From contig JBEUKZ010000060.1 of assembly GCA_048128005.1 (NCBI GenBank), forward strand, positions 1-64,000: 64,000 nucleotides of DNA. The letters are read 5' to 3'. The translations under genes were made by a program, and so were the position numbers. The notes under the pieces were generated by a model, which was not told the DNA's origin, made no database searches, and saw only the letters and a list, made by a program, of their open reading frames with translations. Shown here one piece after another: positions 51,501 to 63,685 of the stretch (positions are counted from its first letter, which is position 1; every line of letters starts with the position of its first letter). This DNA comes from Veleropilina oligotropha. Its lineage: Eukaryota.

Positions 51501-54500
51501 GCCTTAATTTAGATTCACGAAAAGCGATAGATGGTAAATAATTAGTTAAATATTATATAAATGGTATTTCTAATACATGTCAGAAAATTTTTTGCTTATA
51601 AATGTGTTGTTGTAAAATATACGGCACAATGCAAATTGCTCACTGGCCTACTGTCAACATAGACGTAGTAAGTTTCATTCATAAAAACCGCATAACATGT
51701 ATACTGTTCCACGTTGTCATATAGTTCACGTTATTTAAATTAAACCGATAATTTCTTCACATTAACTGGTTTGTATTTTTTCGTATAATAATTGACAGGA
51801 TTGATTGTGGCATATAATAAAAATGTTATCAGTATTGTGTGGATTCTGTCACCTCGGAAACCTCGAGGTTTCCGAGGTGACAGAATCCACACAATACTGA
51901 TAACATCATTATATGCACTCTGACCATAAGCCATGTTATGCTCGATTTTGAAATGATTTACTTCATTTATTTCAGTCCTCAAGACAAACCACCAAATAGC
52001 TTTTATCTGAGGCCCCGGTTGTCACCAATAGATTCAGTTTGGTTCTTCTCCATGCCAATTGGGATCAATAAATTACTTGGCGCGGTATCACGCCTGTGTA
52101 CAGAGGCCGGCTTATCTGGTATTCGCAGCAACCACTCTTTAAGAGCAACGGCGGCAACTCGGCTATATGAGGCAGGATGTGAAGAGCAGCTTATTGCCGA
52201 AATAACAGGCCATCGAAGCGATGCTGTTCGACAATACAAGCGAACCAATTACAAAATGAAAAAGAAATTGAGTACGATTTTCAATGATTCTGGAACCCCT
52301 CCGCGCGAATGTACTACTGACGCTAAGGTTGCTCGAGTTGATTCAGAATGACCTGGATATCCAGTAATTAACGTCAATGCTCAGCGCGAATGTACTACCA
52401 ACGTTAATGTTGCTAGAGTTGATTCAGAATCACCCGCAGAACCAGTAATTAACGTCACTGTTAATATAAATGTCTACAAAAAATAAGTCTTTTGTTGGTG
52501 TGTTTCTTTTTGCCACATTTCCACAATAGAATCGTCCACGAATCATATCCACAATGAAATCATCCTATTGTCTTTGCTCAACACAATTCCCGACAACTGT
52601 GGGTTATACTTGAAAAAATCCTCGCAATAACTGCTGATTTATGTAGGAAAATCAACAGTTAGAACAATAGAAAACTAGGTAAAAATGGATTAAATATGTT
52701 TTTACCCACGTTGGGTGGGCGGGCTGATAGAAGTTGTCCGCTCAATAACTGGAGTAATTTTCATCCCATCTTGACCAAACTTGATAAAGATATTTGTAGC
52801 GATAATATCTAGGTCAAGTTCGACAGCCAGCGTCATCAGGCCGTTAGAACTAGAGTTATGGCCCTTGAATTATGTAAAATTGACATGTCCGCTCGATAAC
52901 TCGAGCAATTTGTATTCATTCTTCACTAAACTTTGTGAAGATGTTTGTAGCGATAATATCTAGGCCAAGTTCGATAGCCAGCATCATCGGACCGTTAGAA
53001 CTAGAGTTATGGCCCTTGAATTATGTAAAATTGACATGTTTGCTCGATAACTCGAGCAATTTGTATTCATTCTTCACCAAACTTGGCAAAGATGTTTGTA
53101 GCGATAATATCTAGGTCAAATTTGATAGACAGCGTCATCGGACCGTTAGAACTAGAGTTGTGGCCCTTGAAATATTCAAAATTGACATAATACACAGTGT
53201 CCGCTCAATAAATCAAGCAATTTGTATTCATTTATCACCAAACTTGGCAAAGATGTCAGTTTGTAGCGATAATATCTAGGTCAAGTTCGATAGCCAGTGT
53301 CATCGGACCATTCTTCACCAAGCTTGGAAAAGTTATTTGTAGCGATAACATCTAGGTCAAGTTAGACAGCCGGCGTCATCAGACTGTTAGAACTAGAGTT
53401 ATATGGCCATTGAATTATGTAAAATTGACATGTCCGCTTGATAACTCGAGTAGTTTGTATTCATTCTTCACTAAACTTGGTAAAGATGTTTGTAGCGATA
53501 ATATCTAGGTCAAGTTCGATAGCCAGTGTCATCGGACTGTTAGAACTAGATTTATGGCCCTTGAATTCTGTAAAATTGACATGTTCGCTCGATAACTCGA
53601 GCAATTTGCATTCATTCTTCACCAAATCTGGTAAAGATGTTTGTAGCGATAATATCTAGGTCAAGTTCGATAGCCAGCGTCATCGGACCTTTAGAACTAG
53701 AGTTGTGGCCCTTGAAATATTCAAAATTGCCATAATACACAGTGTCCGCTCAATAAATCAAGCAATTTTTATTCATTTATCACCAGCCTTGGTAAAGATG
53801 TTTGTAGCGATAATATCTAGGTCAAGTTTGATAGCCAGTGTCATCGAATTTTTTGAACTAGAGTTATGGCCCTTAAATTATGTAAAATTGACATGTCTGC
53901 TCGATAACGAGAGTAATTTGTATTCTTCTAGGTCAAGTTCGATAGCCAGCATCATCGGACCGTTAGAACTAGAGTTATGGCCCTTGAATTATGTAACATT
54001 GACATGTCCACTCGATAACTCGAGCAATTTGTATACATTCTTCACCAAACTTGGTAAAGATGTTTGTATCGATAATATCTAGGTCAATTTCTATAGCCAG
54101 CGTCATCAGATCGTTAGACCTAGAGTTATGGCCCTTGAAATATGCAAAATTGACATAATTCACAGTGTCCACTCGATAACTGGAGCAATTTGTAATCATT
54201 CTTCACCAAACATGGTAAAGATGTTTGTAGCGATAATAGCTAGATCAAGTTCGATATCCAGAGCTATCCCCTTTGAAATATAACTGAGAAGTTTCAATAT
54301 GCCTTGAAGTATTGAGCATTATGCATTAACATTCTTTCTTTGGTTACAAATAGAATATTAGAGGACTAAGTTTGTTTGTTTTGTATTCTTATATAAATAT
54401 GTGTGTACAATGGTAAATGACATATGCTTATCTGTAAGACTTGCTCACTGCCAATAGGCACAGTAAGCTGTTTAGCTTAAAGAGACTATTGCCCATAAAT

Positions 54501-57500
54501 GCGCTCTTTCGCACAAGTTGTCCTGGCTCCTATCACCAGTTTCGCGCAGATTGATACAAATTTCGAGAAGATATGATCGATATGTGATCAAATGATAGAC
54601 TTTTATTGAAATTAATTATTTTAAATGGGCAATATATGTTATTGTCAAGTAGAAAGCTATCTTACTTGACGAGCAGGAACCAACGCAACTATGCTCCAAC
54701 TAGGTCAATTGGAAATAAACTCTGTGCGAGGTAATTAAACGCGGACAGCGTTTTATTATTTTTAAATATTCAGTAGCGATTAATTTCAACGGTAGAAAAT
54801 TACTGACGACAGTTGAGTGTTGAAAATTCCTAACTTTTTATGTTATAAACAAAAAGTGTAATGCTGTTCGTTTTCTTTTAAAAAAAGAAAGAGCGCATTT
54901 ACGGGCCATAGTCTCTTTACAGCTTTACTGGTCAGTGTGAAACTGGGATTTTCAAAATAGGAAATTAAACTGATTTTGAAAACTGCCTTCCCTTTGGTTA
55001 AGTCCAATGGTATCTTGAAATGGCAGTATATGTTGCCATTATACAAGAGCAGACTGTATTCAGTGTCTAATGTCACTCTGGTCAATTGGTTGGGGTACAA
55101 ATTATCAGGTAATATGGCTCTTGAATTATGTAAATTATGCATAGACTTTCTACAGAGTCTGATTGACGACTCGAGCAAATTTCATCCATCATCATCACAT
55201 TTGTTCATGTGAAAATCCTTCATTATTTTGCAAACAATTTGCTCGTGACTTCAATAGAACATTGAGACGGGCGTATATTGTGACATGACACTCTTGTTTA
55301 TTATTTAGATTTACCCTTGTCCATCCATCCCATCCCTAAAACCAGAATTTGCGTGCAAGTAACTCCCATGGACATATTTGTAATTTTGACAATAATTAGA
55401 GACGAAAAAAAATTGACAACTATTTTTGTGCATCGATGCACTGACAATTATAAATTTGATTTAAGCCTTGAATATGCTTTTATGCCCCCACCAATTTATT
55501 AGGGGGGACAACATTTAGATTTACCCTTGTCCATCCGTCCCGAGAACCAGTATTGCGTGCAAGTAACACCATTCTGCTATAACTTCCATCTGCCTTAATG
55601 GATTGACTTGATAATTCATACACAAGCTTGCTTATCATCATTCATACTTCGTTTCTGTGACCCATCCAGTCGCCCCTATGCCCAAGGTCAAATTACTTAG
55701 CTCTTCGGACCAGTATTGCGTGCAAGTAACTCCATTCTGCTATAACTTCCATCTGCCTTCATGGATTGACTTGATACTTCATACTAATAATAATAATAAT
55801 AATAAAGCTTTATTTAAAGAGGCAGTACAGTTAGCTGGTTTGCTAATCTTCCCTGAGTCCCTCTACTAAATTTACTATGAGAAATAATATTAAAAGTTTG
55901 ACAGATTGTACACAAGTATAAAAGTAAAAAGTACACAACGTGTACTCAACAAAGTCACTATACAATGTTATTTACATATAAAATACAAAGTTATTTACAG
56001 GATATAACACAATCATCAAAAGTTATGCAAACAATAAAATATTCAAGTTAGCGCTACGGAAGTATGACAGAAAAGCACCTTTAAAAGTGCACTACAATAA
56101 ACAATGAGAATTTAAACGATTATCAATGGCAGAACATAGTTATCAAATGATATGTGCATGTGCAGTTTATGGTTAATAATAAACTTGAAAATGAGATATC
56201 AAATTAATTGGTATCTCACTTCAAAACATGTTGCTTCATCTTTTTCCGAAAGTTGGTAATGTTTTCTATGCTTTTAATAGCCTGAGGTAACTTGTTCCAT
56301 ATTTGCGCACCGGTGTAAGTGAAGGTCCGTCTCATAGATTCAGATTTTGGTTTAGGCAGAGTAAGGGTTTTTGAAGATACTGATCTTAAGGTCTTATTTG
56401 ATTCATAGTGGGTGATACAAAATTTTTCTGAAATATACTTAGGAGTTAAATTGTTTTGAGATTTATACATTAGTACTGCTTTTTGAAAAGTAATTTTTTC
56501 TTTAATAGGAATCCATTCTAATAACTGGAATAAGGGAGTACTAGGTGCATCAAATTCTGCATCAAGAATAATTCTTGCTGCTCTTTTTTGAAGTTTAGAT
56601 AAACAATTTAGTGATTCCTGGGTGCAATTTCCCCAGACTGTGCAGCAATAATCTGACAGAGGTTGGATGAAGCTATTATAGAAAAGTTTTCTTAATTTAA
56701 GGGGAAGATATTTCTTAGTTCTTTGAAGCAGAGTGACCCTAGATGATATTTTAGAGCTAATCATGTCTATGTGGGATTTCCACGTCAGGTTACTGTCAAT
56801 TATAATGCCTAACAGTTTCTCTGATGAAGAATTTGTTAACCTCTGATTGTTAAGTATAATATCCAAGTCATTAATGGTGGACAACTTTTGTCTTGTTCAT
56901 TCATACTTCGCTTATGCGACCCATCTAGTCGCCCCTATGCCCAAGGTCAAATGACAGCTCTTCGGACCAGTATTGCACGCGAGTAACTCCATTCTGCTAG
57001 AACTTTCATCTGCCTTCATGGATTGACTTGATACTTCATACACTTGCTTATCATCATTCATACTTCGCTTCTGCGACCCATCCATGTCGCCCCTATGCCC
57101 AAGGTCAAATGACTTAACTCTTCGGATCAGTATTTGCATGCGAGTAACTCCATTCTGCTATAACATCCATATGCCTTCATGGATCGACTTGATACTTCAT
57201 ACACTTGCTTATCATCATTCATACTTCCCTTCTGCGACCTACCCATATGCATGTCGCCTCTATTCCCAAGGTCAAAGTCACATGACTTAGCTCTTCGGAC
57301 CAGTATTTGCGTGCGAGTAACTCCATTCTGCTACAACTTCCATCTGCCTTCATGGATCGACTTGATACTTCATACACTTGCATATAATTATCATCATTCA
57401 TAGTTCGCTTCTGCGACCCACTCATGTCACCCCAATGCCAAAGGTCAAGGTCAAATGACTAAGCTCTTCGGACCAGTATTTCCATTCTACTATAACTTCC

Positions 57501-59756
57501 ATCTGCCTTCATGGATTTACTTGATACTTCATACACTTGTTTATCATCATTCATACTTCGCTTCTGCGACCCACACATGTCGCCCCTATGCCCAAGGTCA
57601 AATGACTTAGCTCTTCGGACCAGTATTTCCATTCTACTATAACTTTCACATGCCTTCATGGATTGACTTGATACTTCATACACTTTTTATGCCCCCTAAA
57701 CGAAGTTGGGGGGCATATAGTGTTGCACACGTCCGTCCGTCCGAGCGTCCGTCCGTCCGAACTTCGTTTCCGGGCTATAACTTTAGAATGCCTTCATGGA
57801 TTTGCATTAAATTTGGTATTCACGTGTATGATCATAATACCGAAGTCAAGTTCGATTACGGTAACATTCCGAATTACCATTAAGGAGTTACGCCCCTTGA
57901 TTCACTTTGAAAAATTTATTCATTTCCGGACGGTAACTTCAGAATGCCTTCATGGATTTGCATTAAATTTGGTATTCACGTGTATGATCATAATACCGAA
58001 GTCAAGTTCGATTTCGGTAACATTCCGATTTCCCATAAAGGAGTTATGCCCCTTGATTCACTTGGAACATTTTTTCATTTCCGGGCGGTAACTTCAGAAT
58101 GCCTTCATGGATTTACATTAAATTTGGTATTCACGTGTATGATCATACTACCGAAGTCAAGTTCGATTACGGTAACATTCCTAATTACCATTAAGGAGTT
58201 ATGCCCCTTGATTCACTTTGAAACATTTTTTCATTTCGTGGCGGTAACTTCAGAATTCCTTCATGGATTTGCATTAAATTTGGTATTCACATGCATGTAT
58301 GATCATAATACCCAAGTGAAGTTCGATTTCGGTAACATTCCGAGTTTCCATTAAGGAGTTATGCCCCTTGATTCAATTTGAAACATTTTTTCATTTCCGG
58401 GCGGTAACTTGAGAATGCCTTCATGGATTTACATAAAATTTGATATTCACGTGCATGATCATAATAGCTAAGTGGAGTTAGATTTCGGTGACATTCCGCC
58501 TTCACATAAGGGAGTTATGTCCCTTCATCAACATGCAATTTTTTTCCCATTTTCGGCCGATCACTTGATAATGCCTTCATGGATATAAATTACATTTGGT
58601 ATACATGTGTAATATCATTGGAAACAAATTTTATGCCTGGAATATCATTGGAAACAAATTTTATGCCCGGTCCCCTGCAAAACGAAGTATGGAGAGCATT
58701 TATTGTTACACATGTTTGTCTCTCGAATGAATGCTTTACATTCTGCGCTATATTAAGGCATTCATGGATTAAAATTAAATTAATTTGATATACACATGTA
58801 TATCATAATATCTTAGTGGAGTTTCATTTCTATAAATTCCCAACTTCATTTAGGAGACATAGGACTTTAATTATTAATTTAATTTTGATTTCTATTCTGG
58901 ACGATAACTTTTGAATACATTCATGGAATGAAACTATATTTGGAATATAGGTGTATACTTATTCATACATTGTTCAATGTGTAAATTCAATGTTATTCCT
59001 GGCAGTTGTTTCAGAGGGGGCATTCGTGTCACTCTGACATATCTAGTTTATCATCATTCATACTACCCTTATGTGACCTACCTATGTCGCCCCTATGCCC
59101 AAGGTCAAATGACTTAGCTCTTCAGACCAGTATTTTTGCATGCGAGTAACTCCATTCTGCTATAACTTCCATCTGCCTTCATGGATTGACTTGATACTTC
59201 ATACACTTGCTTATCATCATTCGTACTTCCCTTCTACGACTCACCCATGTCATTAATTGTCTGTAAATAACTCCACAAAACGATCTTTGCTGCCCCTATG
59301 GTCAAGGCACCAGTGGGGGCATTCGTGTCCGATGGTCACATTTCTAGACCTAGTGATGATATATTGACGAAATAGGATAATAATTGTGATTAATTGCACC
59401 GTCTTTTGTTGCAGTCTCCGATAGATTATCTGAAGATTGACATCGATTACGCCGAGTGGGATTGTCTGGTGACGATGATTGAAGATGGATCCCTTAACAA
59501 AGTCAAGCAGCTAGGGTTCGAAATCCACCTGACTGAGGTCTTCAAAAACGATGGAATCGACATTCCGACACAGAAAGAGGACTTCTTGCGCATGCACAAC
59601 ATTCTATTAAGACTAGAAACTCTAGGATTCAGGAGGTTCGATCACAGACGTAATCCTTTTGGTGAATACAAGTCCAACATTTCTGGAATCCAAAGAGCAT
59701 GCTGTTATGAACTGTATTACCTGAATATGAACTTTATGGATGATAGTTTATACTAG
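33372..59756 (+). CDS. METTL24: Methyltransferase-like protein 24 family (Methyltransf_22/FkbM-type), type II membrane protein, 6 coding exons, ~317 aa
   Basis: Exons 33372-33536, 34741-34844, 41682-41810, 43295-43369, 45712-45850 and 59415-59756 all have GT-AG introns and join in phase (954 nt). N-terminal TM segment, RLG...EGGWDIC, CLVYSFGI..DW.FE, AYDPSM, IDYLKIDIDYAEW, VKQLGFEIH, CCYELYYLN. The symbol is family-level; orthology is unproven. Confidence 0.88.
33674..34397 (+). mobile_element. Two tandem Crypton-like non-autonomous elements (family of 14376-14806)
   Basis: Both begin ATAAGTTGTC, carry a long hairpin, and end with (G/T)CAAGAT motifs inverted to internal ATCTTG/ACCTTG. Confidence 0.6.
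35601..38841 (+). mobile_element. PIF/Harbinger deletion derivative
   Basis: TTA TSD at 35598-35600 and 38842-38844. Imperfect TIRs share TTTTCCAT(T/A)TGCGCGGTT. A remnant RVWVHNIIKR near 36040 resembles a Harbinger transposase N-terminus. Confidence 0.65.
36562..38052. mobile_element. Non-autonomous TIR element with 7-bp TSD
   Basis: TIR CTGGGACTACTATA / TATAGTAGTCCCAG, with GTTACAT on both sides and an internal ~200-bp duplication. Confidence 0.75.
38933..40680 (+). repeat. HINE-like element with ~400-455-bp tandem units
   Basis: Units restart at ~38992, 39447, 39878 and 40281. Ends with a hairpin + CTAGTT. Confidence 0.7.
41682..41810 (+). CDS. METTL24-like exon 3
   Basis: FLESKDIRCLDETRLGSQNEGGWDICIAAPFAMQPPCLVYSFG; TAG| acceptor and |GTAAGT donor. 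Confidence 0.88.
41935..43045 (+). mobile_element. HINE with ~6 x 158-bp tandem repeats
   Basis: Subterminal IR GGCCCGCCTT / AAGGCGGGCC, (GTCC/GTC)n tract, 158-bp period, 3' hairpin GAGGATCGTACCTC + TAGTT. Confidence 0.85.
43601..45062. mobile_element. Harbinger-type non-autonomous element inserted in a SINE head, with a hAT-like insert at ~44125-44725
   Basis: TIR GGCCGGTATTCATAAA / TTTATGAATACCGGCC and 3-bp TSD CTG. Confidence 0.75.
46579..46920 (+). mobile_element. tRNA-derived SINE with L2-like 3' tail
   Basis: A box TGGCTCAGTGG and B box GGTTCAATCCC. Tail AGCGCTTTGAGC...ATTAT. Related partial copy at ~21340-21710. Confidence 0.65.
46950..47380 (-). pseudogene. Highly degraded Tc1/mariner transposase remnant
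   Basis: Minus-strand fragments EQIIGMHNAGMSCRE and ARSSYLNHIEHIWDIL (compare the Tc1 motif WPARSPDLNPIEH.W). Confidence 0.45.
49146..49603 (+). mobile_element. Small HINE/DINE-like element in a Crypton intron
   Basis: TTACCTCCGCC / GGCGGAGGT inverted pair, (GTCT)n tract and a 3' hairpin. Confidence 0.7.
50641..51935 (-). mobile_element. Crypton-like non-autonomous element nested in Crypton intron 2
   Basis: Perfect 84-bp palindrome at 51823-51906. TATTATATGCCA (~50645) is inverted to TGGCATATAATA (~51808). Confidence 0.6.
52698..55298 (+). mobile_element. HINE with ~10 x ~151-bp repeats; its 5' end appears to be at 48263-48290, split off by the Crypton
   Basis: Units at 52797, 52948, 53099 and onward. 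3' GACGGGCGTATA + hairpin + CTTGTT pairs with TATACGCTCGT at ~48267. Confidence 0.7.
55784..56899 (-). mobile_element. 3' fragment of an L2-group (Crack/Daphne-like) LINE; ORF 56216-56884
   Basis: KLLGIIIDSNLTWKSHI, DYCCTVWGNC, LQKRAARII and GAQIWNKLP, with a (TTA)n tail. Confidence 0.8.
57684..59048 (+). mobile_element. HINE with ~156-bp repeats
   Basis: ATGCCCCCT / AGGGGGCAT inverted pair, (GTCC)n tract, ends with hairpin + CTAGTT. Confidence 0.8.
59415..59756 (+). CDS. METTL24-like last exon
   Basis: SPIDYLKIDIDYAEW...CCYELYYLNMNF; CAG| acceptor and TAG stop. Confidence 0.9.
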   Translation, partial: SPIDYLKIDIDYAEWDCLVTMIEDGSLNKVKQLGFEIHLTEVFKNDGIDIPTQKEDFLRMHNILLRLETLGFRRFDHRRNPFGEYKSNISGIQRACCYELYYLNMNFMDDSLY

Positions 59757-62123
59757 TAAAACAAATAGGATATAATGGAGCAACTATATTTGTTAGTGTT
59801 ATAAAATCAGCTACTTATAAATCTGTGCTAATTTACTCAGTGAATTTCCTTAGTAATGTGTTTGCAGTTCTGCATTAAACCATTTACCGCAATACGAGCA
59901 GCTATGAGATGCTGCTATTATCAATAAAGAGATCTCAAACTTTATACGAATATTCCACAGGATATTTCAAGGAAATAATATTATGTATTATTACATATAC
60001 CTACTGCTTAAATATATTTATTATTTAAAATGTATTGTCTGCATTTGCCAGTAATGATATTTATGGATCCAATATCAGGCATGTTATTTATTATGTGTGT
60101 GATATGGGCTAGATCAATGGGAATATATTTTCATTAGTGCCTATGTTCAGAAGACGTTTATGTTGTTGAATAAATATATCTAGCGTAAATATTCATCTAA
60201 TGGATACGTGCCATTCTAATGACGAACCAAATCGGCTTTTACAACTCATTGTAGATTGTTACCCAATTACTGTGATTTTGTAATTATTTCTTATACTGTA
60301 TACTGTTCAATGATACTGGAAAAACATTTATACTTTTATATAAATATATTAATTAATTTAATCAAGTCATGTTACCAAATGTGTTTGCATTCATGATTGC
60401 ATCATATATTTGGACTATGTTTACAAAATGCGAAGTTTTCTGCTCTTCATGTATCTGGGATCTTTGTTGACAAGAGCATGAGGTTGAATCATCTCTCTGT
60501 TTGTATGAACTTGTCTGCCTGTTGTTTTAAGATTCTATGTCTACAGACAAAGAGTGTCGCTGTTTGACAAGAACCCTGCCTCTCTCCTCAGAGTTCTCGT
60601 AGTTCACCCTCACGTGGGGTGATCTGGTACGTGAACCCAAGTCGTCAACAAACATCCGGACTTTAGCTTCAAAAACATTGCAGAACTTTGGCTCGGTTCA
60701 TTTCGTTTTGAAAGCCATAGGAACTAGTCCGCTATTGCGAGCTCGTAATATTGATTTCCTGAGAAGTGATTATCCGTCGTTGGATTTATCGTGATCACTG
60801 CATCAGCAGTCATGAATGCTCTACCAAACCATCCAAGGTTTGCCTACAAAGAAATGCTGAAAGGACCTGAAACGAACATGGGATCACCATCGTCATCGAC
60901 AAGGTAATTAAAATTAATTTCATGTCATCACATATTTTAATGACCATTTTAATTGTCAAATTGTTTAATGGTAGTGAATTTTTTTTATTATGGCCATTAA
61001 AGGGACAGTTGTCATGAGGATTATCCTGAATCAAATGATTAATGGTAGAATTAATGAGTTTTAGTGTTTTTGGTGCATATTTTAATGTGTCGTATTAAGT
61101 AAACGTTGTTTAATTACCGTTGTATACAGAACTGACTCTGTCTGTGATATCATATGTTCATGTCGTAAACAGTTAAATTCGCTTTTACTGTACTCACAGT
61201 TTAGAAAACTGACACTTTCATGAAACGAACTATTTTATACCAAGGAAATTATTAAATTTAACTGTTTTGAAGTTGAGCTCACCATCTTCAATAAATTCCA
61301 CCTGATTGTCATTAGGGTCAAAATGTTACATACAGCAAAAAAGCATATATTATATGATGGCATTATGCATATATATATATTTAAAAAAAGATATTTTTGG
61401 TTTGCAAGAAGTGTTACAGTAAAATTATCACACATGTTGATTGCACAGGACTTAAAGAAAGACTTGACCTATAACTTTGCACAACCTATAAATAGTTGTG
61501 TTCTAGATATTAATTTGTATTCATTAAGTAACATTGTTTTCTTATTTTAAATTAACTTAACACCTTTCTACAAGGTTTATGTATACATCATGATATTAAT
61601 GCCATTAAATGCACTCAGGACCAATTTTTTTTAATATAAGGGGAAGGTTTCATAAAGGACTTGTGATCTCGGATGTATATGACCTAGCTATATATAGTAA
61701 TTGACTGTTTGTTCATTCATTTGGTTGCTACCGTTTTGTCATTCTGACTCGTGAAGGTGGTGTTGGATAGTGACAATGAGGCTGGGCAATGATCACCGCA
61801 CCTGGTAGCTTGTCGAGGTTGATGTAATCTCGAGTGTGAGTGGCCAGGGTGCTTTTGGTTTATATACTCTTTTTAACTCTGTACTTACAATGGGATTGGC
61901 AATGTCATGCATGTGTCTTTACAGCAATATAATATCATTATAGGGCATCTGCGCATGCATGAGGCATTTCCTGGCATCCTTTGTCTGTGCTATGATCTCT
62001 GAGTAAGGATTGTGGTCAAGTGACAGCAAAATTTAGGTTCTAAGCGCCTGGAACCATTAACACTTACTAAAATTTACCAATTTTACCCCGGAATCTGTTT
62101 GCCAGTTAGTAGATAGTAAATGT

Positions 62124-62527
62124 ATAATAATAATAATAATAATGGACATTTGTATTGCGCCATATCCACCCACGAATGCATGCTAATAGTGCCACATTGA
62201 TATAAATACACGAGTTAATATACGTAATACAGCCGAAATAAGTAAGTTTTCAGCAATGCTATGAATGAGTTCAGAGATGGAGACTGAGAGGTGAAGAAGC
62301 TTATTCCATAGGGTCGATGCTGCATGTGCAAACGATCGATAACCGAAAGATTTCAGTTTTCGTTTGGGAATAACGAGCAGTTTTTGATTCTCAGATCCGA
62401 GGCATCTGCATGGCGCATACACAGAGATAAGTTCAGACAGGTAGTCGGGGGCTGTTTTGTCAATACACTGGTACGTTATAGATAACAGCTTGTACTCGAT
62501 TCTCGCCTTTACTGGTAGCCAATGTGC
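62124..62527 (-). mobile_element. L2-clade LINE 3' fragment
   Basis: HWLPVKARIEYKL...APDYLSEL...GYRSFAHAASTLWNKL, with a (TTA)n tail. Confidence 0.8.
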
Positions 62528-63685
62528 ACCTTTAGGTTTAGAGTGTTTCAATGTATGCCCTGGCATCACTTTGAAATCGAAGGCCATAGTGGAGATCAGC
62601 TGCCACAGAGGATCATTCTCAATCTAGCTTTGACAGAGTGAGTTTGACTCTTGTCTCAAAGACTTATCAGTAGTGCAAGATAGTCTGCAACCGGGAGAGA
62701 CTGATGGGTTTCACCAGATATTCCCATAATAATGTTGACTCGCTCAATATCCGGATTTATGTCCCATATAATCATAGATGTTAAAATTGGGAAATAAACT
62801 CAAATTCAAATCAAATTTAAAAATGGTAAGGCCTGTTAATTGACATGAGACTGGTTTAATAGGCATATCCTCTATTTAGTCCTAAATGAAAATTTGGGTG
62901 GCGTCCCTAAATTATGTCACAATAGACTATAAAACAGAACATCACATACAAATCAAGCTGTGACGGCCATTGTGATCATTAGCTTTGCATTTGATTCCTT
63001 ATAATCTCATGACCTGTAGTGCATTGTTTTAAACTGCAATTCCTGGTTTGTGTCTATATTTGTGTGTTGCTTTACCGCATTTGCGTTGTTTACTGTACTG
63101 GAGCTGTGGAGTTGTTGTGAATCCCGCTCTGCCTCCTTAAGTACACTCGCATCTACTGGTCAGCTGTAGGATTTGTTTGTTGTTTCCAGCACGGGATTCT
63201 GTTTCGGTGTAAGCATATAGAGCAATCAGTTCAGGTGTCTTTGACTCAAATTGAGGTGTAGGGCAGTTGTGGGTGAAACTAAGGTGAAACTTGGGAGAAA
63301 GATAGAGAGATGCCCATTCTGAATAAATATTGGATATGGACATACACCTACAAATATTCTGATATGAATTTTGTTTTAGGAACAGCTGATTTTATAATAA
63401 TAAGTAATGTATAAAATGGACACAAAAACCTATATTTAAGGGTGTCTTTTCAGTATTTGACTGAAAATTGTAAATATAGCTTTTATAGTCTATAACTTTT
63501 TGCTCTAAGAACTCACACTTCGTCATTGCCTCCATGGTAATAGGCCTGTTGCATTAAAAACATATCTCGAAAATCCTTCTGATCTAAGCTACGATGACAT
63601 GTATAATGAATAATTATGTCCCGAGACGATAGTCTTGTACCGTACCAATTAATGTATGCTGATTTGGTTGAAGGTTTTTATGAAG

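Larger units (their letters stand above)
48883..52486 (+). pseudogene. Crypton tyrosine recombinase (DUF3504; ZMYM/KCTD1/QRICH1-related), inactivated
   Basis: Exons 48883-49065, 49672-50387 and 51976-52486. Catalytic set AFRGGME, SKANQGG, NHSLRAT, TGHRS and RQYKR is present. 1-nt deletion near 50353 and a TGA at 52349. Confidence 0.85.
48289..52697 (+). mobile_element. Crypton (tyrosine-recombinase DNA transposon, CryptonA-like)
   Basis: 5' hairpin at 48291-48349. 25-bp inverted repeat at 48374-48398 versus 52672-52696 (1 mismatch). Encodes a YR/DUF3504 protein. Confidence 0.8.
55478..59347 (+). mobile_element. HINE with ~150-165-bp repeats, hosting a LINE fragment and a second HINE
   Basis: ATGCCCCCAC / GTGGGGGCAT inverted pair and 3' hairpin + CTAG. 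Confidence 0.7.

Noticed and set aside
49694..52351. Host ZMYM/KCTD1/QRICH1 gene
   Set aside because: It retains YR catalytic residues, has element-like ends, lies in another gene's intron and carries a frameshift, so it is a Crypton.
52781..58354. Multiple 60-136-aa ORFs in the 52.7-58.4-kb arrays
   Set aside because: They derive from ~150-bp tandem repeat units. Only 56216-56884 (LINE) is real coding sequence.
60480..60890. Possible exon of a convergent minus-strand gene
   Set aside because: All three frames after the candidate acceptor hit early stops.
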